Of a stretch of 64,000 nucleotides of DNA, positions 30,812 through 41,428 are shown piece after piece; the stretch's first letter is position 1; the number at the start of each line of letters is the position of its first letter. The notes under the pieces were generated by a model. It was given only the letters and a program-made list of their open reading frames with translations, made no database searches and was not told the DNA's origin. Source of the DNA: Candidatus Krumholzibacteriota bacterium (GTDB lineage: Bacteria > Krumholzibacteriota > Krumholzibacteriia > JAJRXK01). A program made the position numbers and the translations under genes. Location: the NCBI GenBank assembly GCA_963764625.1, contig CAVXTH010000005.1, positions 256,001 to 320,000 of the forward strand. The letters are read 5' to 3'.

Positions 30812-32936
30812 TCAACCGCGTCCCGCCAGGGAAACTCGCCTCCCCAGAAGACTTTCCGTGAGCAGGAACAGGCCGGCCAGAAGCAGGAACAGCCGGTGAA
30901 CGGGACGGCCGGTGCGAGCTTGTTGAAGGTCTTGCGCTACGTCTTCGCCCTCCAAGGTCCGAACGCCGCGCCCCGCAGCCCCGAACACCTCACGGGTGAA
31001 GTCCGCGGTCTCAAAGAATTTGCGCGTGGATTCCCCAGCCGGAACATTCGCCGCGAACTGGGCCCAAGGGGAGCCGTCGAGAAGAACCGTATACAGACCC
31101 GGATCGGCGATCACACCGAAGCGAAGCCGCGGCGGTGCCGCGGTGGCATCGACTTCCACCGCTTGCGTCTCTTGGGTGGGCGTGCGCAACTGAACCGCCG
31201 TTTCGGCTTTCAACCCGCCCGGCGCCTCGCTCGAAAGGGCTTGCCCCACCTCGATGTCTCGATGCAGCCCCCCACCGGCGGCAGTCGCCAGATAGGCGGT
31301 CGCCCGCTGCGTGAAGGGAAGAAACATGGGAGAGAACGGGAGATCTCCGGAGCTGGCCGAGGGATGGAATCCGCAGAGCAACAGTCGGCCCTCACCCACC
31401 GCGATCTCGCTGACCGCGACACCACCTCCACGGTACTCGAACAGAGGCTGACCGGCCCCTCCTTCGATGCGGTAGAAGTCGCGCAACTTTGCCTCTTCCA
31501 AAGTGGCGATCTCCTCAGGGGTGAAGCCCTGGAAGATGGGGTGATTCCGCGCGAGCACTTCGAGGTGTTCGATGCTCTCTTCCCCGCCGCGGAACTCGCT
31601 CAGACGCGCCGTGGTCCAGGAGGGAAAGAGCTTCTCGTTCGCATACTCACGTTCCCTGGGGTCCCCACAAAACAGGAGCATGGTCCCGCCGCCGCGCAAA
31701 TAATCGGTGAGCGCGGCCAGGCGCGCCGCGCCGAAGTCGTGCGGATCGGCCGCCAACACCACCCGGTGGGAGGCAAGTGATTCCACGTCCATGCGGGAGC
31801 AATCCACGCTCGTGAGCGCAAAATCGCCTTCGGCGTCCCCCGCGGGATTCAGAGCGGCGGCCAAAAAGACCAGGGGATCGCGCCGGGCCTCGGTCTGCGC
31901 GAAGCCCCTCAAGACCAGCACCGGAACCCGATCGGTGACTTCGACCACGAAGTACCGCTGGTCGTCGGGAGGGAAGCGATCGGGCCTGAGGCGCGCCGAG
32001 CCCGCCAGGTCCCCGGCGGCGGGAAGAGTGACGGGAAAGGAATGAAGCGCAGTGGTTCCCGGAGCCAACTCCAACTCCGTCTCGCCCATGGGCTCGCCTC
32101 CCAGGTTCAAGAACACCTGGACCGGCAACGACTTCTCTCCGTCCTGACGAATCCCCACCGAAATCTCCGCGCTTTCACCGGGGCGCAAGAGGGTCGCGGG
32201 CCGGCGGATCTGCTCGACTTCCCGGTTCACGAAGGGTTCGGCCGCGACTTTGCGCAAGAAGACATGAGTGTCGGGACGCGCCGCCAGACGTTGCGCCAGC
32301 GTGGAGCGCGCCATCGAGTCGCTCGGCGTCTCCTGGAAGTCGCTCACGAGGTAGATCTCCCGGTGAGGATGCGATGCCCGGTCCAGGAAATCGAGGGCCT
32401 GATCGAGAGAGGCGGCATAGGAGGTGGCGGAAAAACCGCACTCCCGCGCGCTCAACTGCGCCAGAACCAGACTCGGATCGCGCACGAAGTCTTCGAGCAA
32501 CGGATGCAGACCCGTGTCGAAGAAGGCGACGCCGAATTCATCGCTTCCGGAAATTCCGTCGGCGATCTGAGCCGTTTGCTGGCACGCGAGATCGAAAAGT
32601 GTGCCGCCGGAAGCCTGTGCGCGCATCGAGGCGCTGTCGTCGACCAACACCAGAACGCTCACTCCACTGCCCGAAGGCGCCAACCAGGACAGCCCGCCCG
32701 TGACAGTGGGGCGGGCCATGGCCAAGACGACGCAGATCAGCGCGCCCACTCTGAGCGCCAGGAGAAGCAGGCGGCGAAGTCGCAAGCGATGACTCTGTTG
32801 TTCCTGCGAGGGCTTGAGAAACCGCATCGGAGCGAATCGAATCTCGAAAATGCGATCTGCGGCGCAGGAAGTGCAGCAGGATGGGAATCCCCGCCGCGAC
32901 CAGACCGAAGAGAAATGCGGGATGGAGAAAGTTCAC
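30812..32936 (-). CDS. BatA/N-terminal double-TM + vWA + glutamine-amidotransferase-like membrane protein; +1 frameshift at ~32850
   Basis: MNFLHPAFLFGL..IPILLH, LLLALRV...MARP, MIDAS DDSASM, YLVSDFQ and a C-terminal TM segment. Confidence 0.88.
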
Positions 32937-32945
32937 CGCCCACTC

Positions 32946-33851
32946 CTAGCTCAAGCGCGCACGTTTGGCGAGGTACGCCATGAGCGCGACGTCGAATGGA
33001 GTTTGGGTGGTGAGCGGTACGTAATCGATCTGGTGCATGCCACACTCGCGCCCCAAGTGCTTGCGCCAGGCGCTCACTTGCGCGGCGTAACTCTCCTTGA
33101 GATGCCACGGTTGCGCGCTGATCGGAGCGAGCTCTCCCTCGGGATCCACGAATTTCGCCTGTTGGGTGAATTCCAGATCCACCTCCCGCGGATCGAGTAC
33201 GTGAAACACGAGGACTTCGTGTTGACGGTGGCGAAAGTGCTTCAGGCCGCGCAAGACGGTCTCGGGATCGTCGATGAGATCGCTGATGACGATGACGAGC
33301 CCGCGCCTCCACAAACGATCGGCCAACTCACTCAACACATTTCCCACGTGGGTTTGCTTGCCGACTTCCGCGTTTTGCAGGCGAGCCATCAGGTGCATCA
33401 GTTGCTTGCGCGAGCTCCTGGGCGGGATCATCTCCAACGCTTTCGTATCGAAGGTCACCAGCCCCACCGCGTCGTTCTGCTTCAGGAGAAGATAGGACAG
33501 AGCCGCGGCCAGCAACTTGGCGTAGCGCAGCTTCGAAGGCAAACCCTCTGAGGGCGGAGTGTCCATCGAAGCTGATACGTCCAGGAGAAGTCTCGCCATC
33601 AGATTGGTTTCTTCCTGGAAAACCTTCACGTAGTGACGGTCGGTCTTGGCGAAGACCCGCCAATCGATGTTCTGCGTGCTCTCGCCGGGGATGTACTGCC
33701 GGTATTCCGCGAACTCCACCGAGAAGCCGTGATAGGGGCTGCGGTGCAAACCCACCAGAAAACCCTCCACCAAGCCACGCGCAATGAGTTCCAGGCTTCC
33801 CAGGCGTCCCAGGAGCTCGGGATCGAGGAGCATTTCGCGGGGCTTCGCCAC
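32946..33851 (-). CDS. DUF58 domain (vWA-like) protein
   Basis: GLHRSPYHGFSVEFAEYRQY, IDWRVFAKTD, LLDVSASM and ISD motifs. Confidence 0.95.
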   Translation of the reverse strand: MAKPREMLLDPELLGRLGSLELIARGLVEGFLVGLHRSPYHGFSVEFAEYRQYIPGESTQNIDWRVFAKTDRHYVKVFQEETNLMARLLLDVSASMDTPPSEGLPSKLRYAKLLAAALSYLLLKQNDAVGLVTFDTKALEMIPPRSSRKQLMHLMARLQNAEVGKQTHVGNVLSELADRLWRRGLVIVISDLIDDPETVLRGLKHFRHRQHEVLVFHVLDPREVDLEFTQQAKFVDPEGELAPISAQPWHLKESYAAQVSAWRKHLGRECGMHQIDYVPLTTQTPFDVALMAYLAKRARLS

Positions 33852-33860
33852 TCTGGGCTC

Positions 33861-34853
33861 CTAGAGATCGCTGGGGACGGAGTTCAGAAAGCTCTCGATG
33901 AGATCGTCGCGACTGAGTCCCTCGGCCTCAGCGCGAAAATTCGTCACCAAACGGTGGCGCAACACGGGCATGGCAATCGCACGCACGTCGTCCAGACTCG
34001 GAGTTGGCCGGCCCTGAAGTGCGGCCCGCGCCTTGGCGCCCAGGACCAGGAACTGAGCCGCCCGCGGACCCGCCCCCCAGGCAAGAAACTCCTCGGCCTT
34101 TTCGTGAGCCTCCGGCGTGCCCGGGCGGCTGAGTCGCACGAGACGCACCGCGAACTCCACCACGTTCTCGGCCGCCGGCACGCTTCGCACCAGCATCTGA
34201 TACTCCTGGATCTCCTCGGAGCGAACCACGGTGTGCAGCTCCTCCTCCACCGGACCGGTAGTGCGCCTCACGACCTGCATTTCCTCGTTCAGATCGGGGT
34301 AGTCGATCTTGATGTTCAGCATGAACCGGTCGAGCTGAGCCTCGGGCAGGGGATAGGTTCCTTCTTGCTCGATGGGATTCTGCGTGGCGAGCACGAAGAA
34401 CGGCCGCCCCAGGTCGTGAGTCTGTCCGGCCGCGGTCACCTGACGCTCTTGCATCGCCTGCAGCAGGGCCGATTGCGTTTTGGGCGGAGTCCGGTTGATC
34501 TCATCCGCGAGCACGATGTTGGCGAAGACCGGCCCTTTCACGAATCGGAAGACCCGCTGGCCGGTCGATTGGTCCTCTTCCAGAATCTCCGAGCCGGTGA
34601 TGTCGCTGGGCATGAGGTCGGGAGTAAATTGGATGCGACGAAATTCGAGATCCATGGCCTGGGCTACGGTGCTGATGAGGAGGGTCTTCGCCAGCCCGGG
34701 AACGCCTTCGAGCAGCACGTGCCCTCCGGCGAAGAGAGTGATGAGCAGCTCATCGATGACGGCATGCTGTCCCACGATTCGCTTGCCGATCTCGGCACAC
34801 AGGGCTTCCCGCAGGGCGCCCAGCTTTTCCAGTTTTTCCAAGTCGCCGATCAA
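33861..34853 (-). CDS. moxR: MoxR family AAA+ ATPase
   Basis: GVPGLAKT, RIQFTPDLMPSD, LADEINRTPPKTQSALL and NPIEQEGTYPLPEAQLDRF motifs. Probable TTG start at 34853 after AAGGAG. Confidence 0.96.
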   Translation of the reverse strand: MIGDLEKLEKLGALREALCAEIGKRIVGQHAVIDELLITLFAGGHVLLEGVPGLAKTLLISTVAQAMDLEFRRIQFTPDLMPSDITGSEILEEDQSTGQRVFRFVKGPVFANIVLADEINRTPPKTQSALLQAMQERQVTAAGQTHDLGRPFFVLATQNPIEQEGTYPLPEAQLDRFMLNIKIDYPDLNEEMQVVRRTTGPVEEELHTVVRSEEIQEYQMLVRSVPAAENVVEFAVRLVRLSRPGTPEAHEKAEEFLAWGAGPRAAQFLVLGAKARAALQGRPTPSLDDVRAIAMPVLRHRLVTNFRAEAEGLSRDDLIESFLNSVPSDL

Positions 34854-34983
34854 ATCTCTCTCCTTTAGAATAGTGAGACCGCGATCGAAACGAAGCCGCA
34901 GCTCACAAGGAAAGCGCTCGGGCCTCGCTCGCCAAGTCCCCGGCATCAATGAATTTCACCCCGAACTAGGCGATGGGAAAATC

Positions 34984-36303
34984 ATGGGTAGGAAAACCGG
35001 CTTACGATGCATCGTTTTGGGCCTCTGCCTGACCTTCTCTGCGACATTCCTCACGGCCTGTGGCCAGGCCGACCAAGCGTCGACCGATCCCTCTGAAGTC
35101 TTCATTCTCGGCGTCTCCTCTCTCGATTGGAGCCGCCTGGACGCACTCATGGACAAGGGGGAGCTCCCCCACTTCCGCAAGATCGTCAAGGAGGGCGTAC
35201 GGGCCGATCCCCAGGGCGAAGACCCGCTCCTGATGGCCTCGCTCTGGACCAGCATCCAGACCGGCAAGAAGTACGCGGGGCATCGCGTCTTCGGGAACTT
35301 CGAGACCATGCCGGACGGACTCGTCTGCCCCACCCGGACGGTGTCCCGGTTCACCACCAACGTGTGGCAGATGCTCTCGCGAAACGACCACAGCGTCGCC
35401 ATCGTGGGATTGCCGGTCACCTTCCCCGCAGAGACAGTACAGGGACAGGTCATCAGCAATGTTGCGTTTCCCAATCGATGGACCGAGACGAGCGAGGTCA
35501 CCTATCGGCCGAAGCCTGGACTGAGGGAGACCTTCCCCAACGCACTCTATGACGAGGTCAAAGGCCTGTACCATGGCGCCGATACCATCAAGCGGGAGGA
35601 ACTCACGCGCTTCTTCGTGTTGAACGAATCCGAATTTGCCATGGCCTTCGACCAGCCACTGGGATCGATCATCAAACTGCAAAACCCGATGCGGGACTTC
35701 GCCCTCACTCATCAAGTGGATCTCAGCTACCTCGACATGGCCTTGGATCTGAAGAAGAAGTATCAGCCGGACGTCACCGCCTGTTTGCTCGAGCTTCCAG
35801 CCGTGGTCTCGCCCGTGTACTGGTACTTCACCGAACCCGAGGGCACGATCGCCGAGAATCCCAACTACCGCCGCTTTCGCAACACGGTGGACGAAACCTA
35901 CCGGTGGGTCGACGAACAGCTCGGAAGAGTTCTGGATGCCCTTGACGAGAACGGGACTCTGATCGTCATGAGCGAGCGTGGGTTTGGCATCGATCACATC
36001 CAGGAAGGCGGCGATCGCGTCATCCCGGTCGCGCAAGCGCAGCCCAGGGGAGTTCTCATCCTCTACGGCCACGGCGTCGCCAAGGACAAGCGCCTGCAGT
36101 TCACCAAGATCTTCGACTTCGCCCCGACCCTGCTGGCCATGGAACGCACGCCCATCGGGGACGACCTCGATGGAACTCCGCTCATGGGCGCATTCACCGA
36201 CGAGTTCGCGGTGTCTCACAGACCGCTGTACCGCGACAGCTACGACAAAGAGGCAAAGGGAAAGACGCGGTTCGAGGAGATCGGGACGACAATGTCACAG
36301 TGA
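34984..36303 (+). CDS. Alkaline phosphatase superfamily (type I phosphodiesterase-like) lipoprotein
   Basis: Lipobox LTAC; GELPHF, WTSIQTGK, VDEQLGRVL, VMSERGFG and DFAPTLL motifs. Several metal ligands look substituted. Confidence 0.85.
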   Translation: MGRKTGLRCIVLGLCLTFSATFLTACGQADQASTDPSEVFILGVSSLDWSRLDALMDKGELPHFRKIVKEGVRADPQGEDPLLMASLWTSIQTGKKYAGHRVFGNFETMPDGLVCPTRTVSRFTTNVWQMLSRNDHSVAIVGLPVTFPAETVQGQVISNVAFPNRWTETSEVTYRPKPGLRETFPNALYDEVKGLYHGADTIKREELTRFFVLNESEFAMAFDQPLGSIIKLQNPMRDFALTHQVDLSYLDMALDLKKKYQPDVTACLLELPAVVSPVYWYFTEPEGTIAENPNYRRFRNTVDETYRWVDEQLGRVLDALDENGTLIVMSERGFGIDHIQEGGDRVIPVAQAQPRGVLILYGHGVAKDKRLQFTKIFDFAPTLLAMERTPIGDDLDGTPLMGAFTDEFAVSHRPLYRDSYDKEAKGKTRFEEIGTTMSQ

Positions 36304-36331
36304 CGACGACCACCGTCCGCAGTGACTTCGC

Positions 36332-37969
36332 TCAGAGGAGCTTGCGGTCGCGCAGACCGAAGACCTCTTCGCGGAGGATCGAGACGGGAGGGGCCCCGGC
36401 CGAGAGAGCGCGATCGTGGTAGGACTTCAGCGAGAAGGAGTGTTTCTCGATCTCGCGCAGATCCTCCCGCAGCTTGAGGAAGAGAAGCTTTCCCAGAGTG
36501 TAGCCCAGGTACTGCGGATCGAAGCATCCCCTCTCGGTTTCCCGTTGGGCCAGCACATCGTCCATGTAGCAGTGGCCGGTGAGGAAGCGCTTCGATTCCT
36601 CGAACTTCCACGAACCGGTATGGAGACCGATGCTGCACATCAATCGCGCGCTGCGCTCCAACGCGGCATGACGCTGACAGATTCCGAACTTCAGATCCTC
36701 GTTCCGGAACGACTCCTCGAACAGGAGTTGCTCGCAGTAATGAGCCCACCCCTCCCAGAAGTGGTAGCTCACCGCGAATAGGCGAGTGGCTCGGCTCGGC
36801 GCGCGACGTACGTGCATCGCGTGGAGGAAGTGGCCCGGGATGACTTCGTGACCGGTGATCACGCGCAAGCGTGAGTCGTTGAACATCGAGATCCACCGGC
36901 TCCGGCGTGCGGCAGGCCACTCGTCCTCCGGCGGCGTGAGGTAGTACCAGGCACGCAGGGAGGAGGGCGCGAAGGGTCCGGGATCTTCGAGCGATGCGAT
37001 CGCCCAGCGCATCCAAGGTGGCGTGACTCCGATTTCGGGTCTGGCATCGCTGGGAATCGTCACCAGGTCGCGCGCCCGCACGAATTCGTGGAGCTCAGAG
37101 ACGATTTCTTCGCCGCTAGCCGACAACTCCATCGGCCACGAGACGTCCTTGGCGATGGAGTCGAGCACTTCGCGGGGGGTCGCCTTGGAGTCGTACTGGC
37201 GGCAGAGTTCCTCCAAGGAGGCTCGGTTCCGATTCAGTTCGGCCTCACCCGCTCGCAGGACCTCGTCCAGCTCGAGTTCCAATCCCTCCTGCTCGCGCAA
37301 CATTCCCTCGAAGCTTTCTCTGCCCATGGCGAACTCTTGGTGCGCGCGCGGCAGGGCCTCGCTTTCCAGGTACTCCAGGTGGTCGCTGACCGCTTTCGCC
37401 GCCTCCTTCACCGTGCCCGAGAATCCAGAGGGTAGGGGACCTTCTTCTAGCGCGGCGTGGTGAATTCCCGTCTGCAGGAAGGACTCGAGACCCCTGAACA
37501 CCGAGATCGCGGTCATGACGGCCGGGCTCGAGAGCTCCGGTTCGAGTTCCTCGCGGACCGCGGCGAGGAACGAAGGGACCTGTTTCAAATGAGTGAGAAG
37601 CGAGTGCGCGCGCTCCGCCCATGGGGCATAGTCCCAACGCAGGTAGGGCGAAGGATCGACGAGATCGGCCGCGTGCATCGGGTCGATCTCCTCCTTGCGC
37701 TGGACCGTGAGCCGCCAGACCTCGCTGCGCAGAGCATGGTGGAACAGGCGCGCGTCGAGTCCCACCGAATTGGGTCCCAGGCTCTCCAGGATTTCCTTTA
37801 GAAAGAGAAGGCGGCTGCGGCGCGCGTCTTGGCCAATCTGCGCCAGATACCCGTCGTACTGATGCAAACCCAGAGCTCTGGCCTCGTCTGGCCGGTAGAG
37901 GTGCGTTCGTTCCTCGTACCGGTCGAGGAGCGAATCCAAGCTCGGGCAGGGGTTGGAAGAAATGCGCAA
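36332..37969 (-). CDS. DUF885 family protein (putative metallopeptidase)
   Basis: HEVIPGHFLH, EGWAHYCEQL and YLGYTLGKL motifs. Confidence 0.92.
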   Translation of the reverse strand: MRISSNPCPSLDSLLDRYEERTHLYRPDEARALGLHQYDGYLAQIGQDARRSRLLFLKEILESLGPNSVGLDARLFHHALRSEVWRLTVQRKEEIDPMHAADLVDPSPYLRWDYAPWAERAHSLLTHLKQVPSFLAAVREELEPELSSPAVMTAISVFRGLESFLQTGIHHAALEEGPLPSGFSGTVKEAAKAVSDHLEYLESEALPRAHQEFAMGRESFEGMLREQEGLELELDEVLRAGEAELNRNRASLEELCRQYDSKATPREVLDSIAKDVSWPMELSASGEEIVSELHEFVRARDLVTIPSDARPEIGVTPPWMRWAIASLEDPGPFAPSSLRAWYYLTPPEDEWPAARRSRWISMFNDSRLRVITGHEVIPGHFLHAMHVRRAPSRATRLFAVSYHFWEGWAHYCEQLLFEESFRNEDLKFGICQRHAALERSARLMCSIGLHTGSWKFEESKRFLTGHCYMDDVLAQRETERGCFDPQYLGYTLGKLLFLKLREDLREIEKHSFSLKSYHDRALSAGAPPVSILREEVFGLRDRKLL

Positions 37970-38115
37970 AGTCGACCGCCTTCAAGGACTGGGACCACCC
38001 CACGAGGGCGTCATGGGGACCAAGGCTTCGTGTTCGCGCGCAAACTCGGGCGCACATCCAGAGCATTGCGCAGCTTCGCGAGCCCGGCTAGGCTCGCATC
38101 TCAAAGAGGATCCCC

Positions 38116-39180
38116 ATGCGAACTTGTGAAATCCTCATCGTGGGCGGAGGCATTGGTGCCTGTGCCGTGGCGTTGTCCATGCAGGAGACGGGCCACAAGG
38201 AGGTCTGGCTTCTGGCCCCCACCTTCCTGGGAGACGATAGTTCCGCGCTCTCCCCCGCCCTGCTCCATAGCTACCACGAGTTGGCCGCTCTGGCGGATGC
38301 GTCCGCCCCCGCGCCGCAAGCCTACCAGATTTGGGCCCAAGAGGCCGACGAGGAACTCGGACTCGCGCGCTGCGGTATGTTGATCGTGGCTGACGAGGCT
38401 CTCGCGCCCCGCGTTTTGGGGCGAGGACTGCGGCTTCGTCCTCACGGAATAACGGCGGAGGAGCTCGACGAGGACGGGTTGGCGCATCGCGAGCCACGTG
38501 GCTCGTTTCCAGCCAAAGGAGCCGGTTTGTGGCTGCCCGAGGCCTCCCTCGTCGATCCGCGGCGGACGGTGGACGTGCTGGGTCGGCTCGCCGCCAGCAG
38601 AGGGGTGCGGGTGATCCAGGGGGAGCAGCCGCTCGCGCTCACGGTCGCGGGGGATAAAACCACCGGAGTCGCGACAAGCCACGGTAGGATTGAAGCCGAA
38701 TGGACCATCGTGGCAAGTGATCCGGCTCTGCGCCAGCTGGCGCCCGCGCTCGCCGAGCGGGGGCTGCAGCGCGAGGTCCGTCCCTTTCAGCTCGTGCAAC
38801 CGCCGGCGGATTTCGGCCCGCCGATCGGTATTCTGTGGCACGAACGCCTCGGCCTGAGCTGGCGTCCCCTCCCCTCGGGGTGGATCCGGCGCAACGGCCT
38901 CGCTCCCGAGAACGCGCGCGCCGGCGATCCCCTCCTTCCGGGGCTCGATCGGGCGACCGTGTGGACCGAGGGATTCTGGACCCACGAGCGAGGGAGGGAC
39001 CAGCGGCCTCTGGTGGGGCCGGCTCCGGACATGCGCCGCCTTCTGCTCGCGGCCGGTTTCGGGGCGCGGGACTTCGATCTTGCCCCCACCGCCGGCCACC
39101 TTCTCGTACAATGGCTTCAGGACAAGGGCCTGCCCGGAGGCATGGCGGCAATACTGGATCCGCGGAGGTTCGTGGTCTGA
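38116..39180 (+). CDS. FAD-dependent oxidoreductase (DAO/glycine oxidase family)
   Basis: ILIVGGGIGA Rossmann motif, D.RPLVG, AAGFG...LAP..G and terminal DPRRF. Confidence 0.88.
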   Translation: MRTCEILIVGGGIGACAVALSMQETGHKEVWLLAPTFLGDDSSALSPALLHSYHELAALADASAPAPQAYQIWAQEADEELGLARCGMLIVADEALAPRVLGRGLRLRPHGITAEELDEDGLAHREPRGSFPAKGAGLWLPEASLVDPRRTVDVLGRLAASRGVRVIQGEQPLALTVAGDKTTGVATSHGRIEAEWTIVASDPALRQLAPALAERGLQREVRPFQLVQPPADFGPPIGILWHERLGLSWRPLPSGWIRRNGLAPENARAGDPLLPGLDRATVWTEGFWTHERGRDQRPLVGPAPDMRRLLLAAGFGARDFDLAPTAGHLLVQWLQDKGLPGGMAAILDPRRFVV

Positions 39181-39232
39181 ACTCCTCCTTCGAGCCGGAG
39201 CGCCGCCCCAGCAGACAGAACAGGGGATAAGC

Positions 39233-39571
39233 ATGTTGATCCTCGTGAGCCGTGACGAAGAACTCGTGAGCGAGCTGTTACGAGAGGCAGAGAGCGAACA
39301 CGCACAACTCCTCCACGTACCGCGCCAGGAGACTCTGCAACGCTGCTCACAGGGAGAACCGCTCCGCCGGGTGTTCATCGATTTGAACGTGGGGGACGAG
39401 GCCCTCGACTTCATCGCCGCGCTCAAGGCCGGTCCCTGCGAGCCCATCATCATCGCCTTCCTCGACCACTTCGTCGGCGATCTGCCCATCCGGGCCAAGC
39501 TGGCCGGAGCCGATCGCATCATCCCGCAGACCCAGTTTCGCCGCGAATTCCCCCGCTTGCTCGCAGAATGA
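39233..39571 (+). CDS. Stand-alone atypical receiver (CheY-like) domain protein
   Basis: VFIDL, IIIAF and A..AGAD.II pattern; lacks the conserved Lys. Confidence 0.7.
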   Translation: MLILVSRDEELVSELLREAESEHAQLLHVPRQETLQRCSQGEPLRRVFIDLNVGDEALDFIAALKAGPCEPIIIAFLDHFVGDLPIRAKLAGADRIIPQTQFRREFPRLLAE

Positions 39572-39580
39572 GCTCTCCGC

Positions 39581-40231
39581 TCAGGGCTGCTCTTGGTCCA
39601 GCACCCGGCTTTCGAGAACGTATAGGGTCCAGTCCTCCCATTGGCCGTCGAGGGGTGCGGCGGGAAGTCCGTCTTTGGGATGGAGCTGCGCGCGGGAGCG
39701 CCAGCTGACGCGATGAGGCTCGGTTTGCTCGCTGACCAGGGTGGCGATCTCTTCCTTGCTCCGGCCGTCGTGGCGCAAGTCGAGCTCGAAGAACACGCCG
39801 AAATGGACCTGGCTCACTTCTTCGCGTTCGGAGTTGATGTAGCCTAGGGGTCTTAATGCCTGGGCCTCCACCCGCAAGCCGGTTTCCTCTTTCAGCTCGC
39901 GCAGCGCCGCGCCGTGGATGAACCCGCTACCTTTGCTCTCGTCTTTGTCCATCGGTTCCATGTGGCCCCCGAAACCGATCGTCCACAGGCCGCCGAGCCG
40001 AGTCTCGGTGTGCTTGGCACGCCGCTGATAGCACAACACATCGTCACCGAGCGTGATCACCATGTAGGGGATGATCTGTTTGAAGTGGCTGCACTGCTCC
40101 ATGTACCGGCGCTCGGCGAAAAACGCGTATTTCTCCACCGCGGCGAGATCCACCGCATCCAGGGCGAGAAATCCCTGCGGTGAGAGATTGGGAAAGATGT
40201 GTTTGCGATCGACGACCAAGATGAACTGCAT
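39581..40231 (-). CDS. NUDIX-fold predicted phosphoesterase (COG4112-like)
   Basis: FKQIIPY, IGFGGHM, LRELKEETG and VSQVHFG motifs. Confidence 0.85.
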   Translation of the reverse strand: MQFILVVDRKHIFPNLSPQGFLALDAVDLAAVEKYAFFAERRYMEQCSHFKQIIPYMVITLGDDVLCYQRRAKHTETRLGGLWTIGFGGHMEPMDKDESKGSGFIHGAALRELKEETGLRVEAQALRPLGYINSEREEVSQVHFGVFFELDLRHDGRSKEEIATLVSEQTEPHRVSWRSRAQLHPKDGLPAAPLDGQWEDWTLYVLESRVLDQEQP

Positions 40232-40300
40232 GCTGCCTCACTGCCCTTTCGCTCGTGCGCGGATCTTGGATTCGCCGCGCGAGGACTCATTACCCCGGGA

Positions 40301-41299
40301 CTACCAATAGTGCTCTTTGAAACGGCGATAGTACTCGACCGTCGAGCTCAGGCCTTCCTCCAACCCGACTCTGGGCTGCCATCCGGTCGCGGTGCTGAAC
40401 TTGGAGTGGTCCGCCACGAAATCGCCGGTCTCGATCACGCGACGTTCCTCCGGCCAGGGAACTAGCTTCAGACAGCCGCTCCCCGCGGCTCGAATGACCA
40501 TTTCGGTGACTTCCTTGAACGGTCGCGAATCATCTCCGCCCAGATGAAACGCTTCCCCCACCGTTTTCTCGTGATTCTCTCCGCAGCGCAGGAACGCCTC
40601 GGTGACGTCGTCCACGTAGTTGTAATCGCGCTTCTGCCGTCCGTCCCCAAAAATCGAAATCGTCTCATCGTCGAGGGCCAGACGCAGGAACCAGTTCAGG
40701 ATTCCGTATTTCCCGTGTTTCATCTGGTGCCGCGGGCCGTAGGTGTTGTTCACCCGCAGGCTGGTGAACCGCATCCCATAGGCTCTTTCGTATACGAAGC
40801 CGTAGAGTTCGGCCGCGACCTTGTTTACGCCATAGATGTCGGTGGGATGCATCGGATGGTCCTCGGTGACCGGCGTCTGCTTCAGCACTCCGTACTGACC
40901 CCGGGTTCCGGCGTAGATCACGTGGCACTGCGGGGCGTGGTGACGAACCGCTTCGTACATCACGAGGTTGCCCCTGCAGTTGATGTCGACATCCCACAGA
41001 GGTCTGGTCATCGAATCGACGTGGCTGGTCTGCATGCCGATGTGAAACAGCAGGTCCTTCCCCGTCACGACGGCATTCATCGACTCGGCGTCACGGATGT
41101 CCTGAATGCGCACCTCCACCTCGTCCTTCACCGGCTCCAGATTGAAGCGATTGCCACCGAAGAGCGGGATCAGCGCGTCGACGACGGTCACTTCGGCTCC
41201 GGCCTTCACCAGGGCAATCGCCAGCGAGCTGCCGAGAAATCCCAGTCCCCCGGTGACCAGGACTCGCTTTCCCTGGTAGAATTCATGCGCTTGCGTCAA
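40301..41299 (-). CDS. NAD-dependent epimerase/dehydratase
   Basis: VTGGLGFLGS, YGVNK, NTYGP and GDGRQKRDYNYVDD motifs. Confidence 0.93.
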   Translation of the reverse strand: MTQAHEFYQGKRVLVTGGLGFLGSSLAIALVKAGAEVTVVDALIPLFGGNRFNLEPVKDEVEVRIQDIRDAESMNAVVTGKDLLFHIGMQTSHVDSMTRPLWDVDINCRGNLVMYEAVRHHAPQCHVIYAGTRGQYGVLKQTPVTEDHPMHPTDIYGVNKVAAELYGFVYERAYGMRFTSLRVNNTYGPRHQMKHGKYGILNWFLRLALDDETISIFGDGRQKRDYNYVDDVTEAFLRCGENHEKTVGEAFHLGGDDSRPFKEVTEMVIRAAGSGCLKLVPWPEERRVIETGDFVADHSKFSTATGWQPRVGLEEGLSSTVEYYRRFKEHYW

Positions 41300-41428
41300 A
41301 TTGCTCTCCTATGGAATTCCGTCGTGGTTTGGCAGTGTATGCCTACCCGTTCCCCTTCACAACCGGCGGGATTTCGTGGCGAGATGCGCGATCTCGTCAA
41401 GCCATCCAGAATTGGAGAGGAAGAGCTC

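Noticed and set aside
1448-33551. Many long plus-strand ORFs (e.g. 1448..2782, 4105..5451, 6875..8188, 26626..28008, 29124..30728)
   Set aside because: These are antisense shadows of well-supported minus-strand genes, typical of high-GC codon bias, and carry no recognisable motifs.
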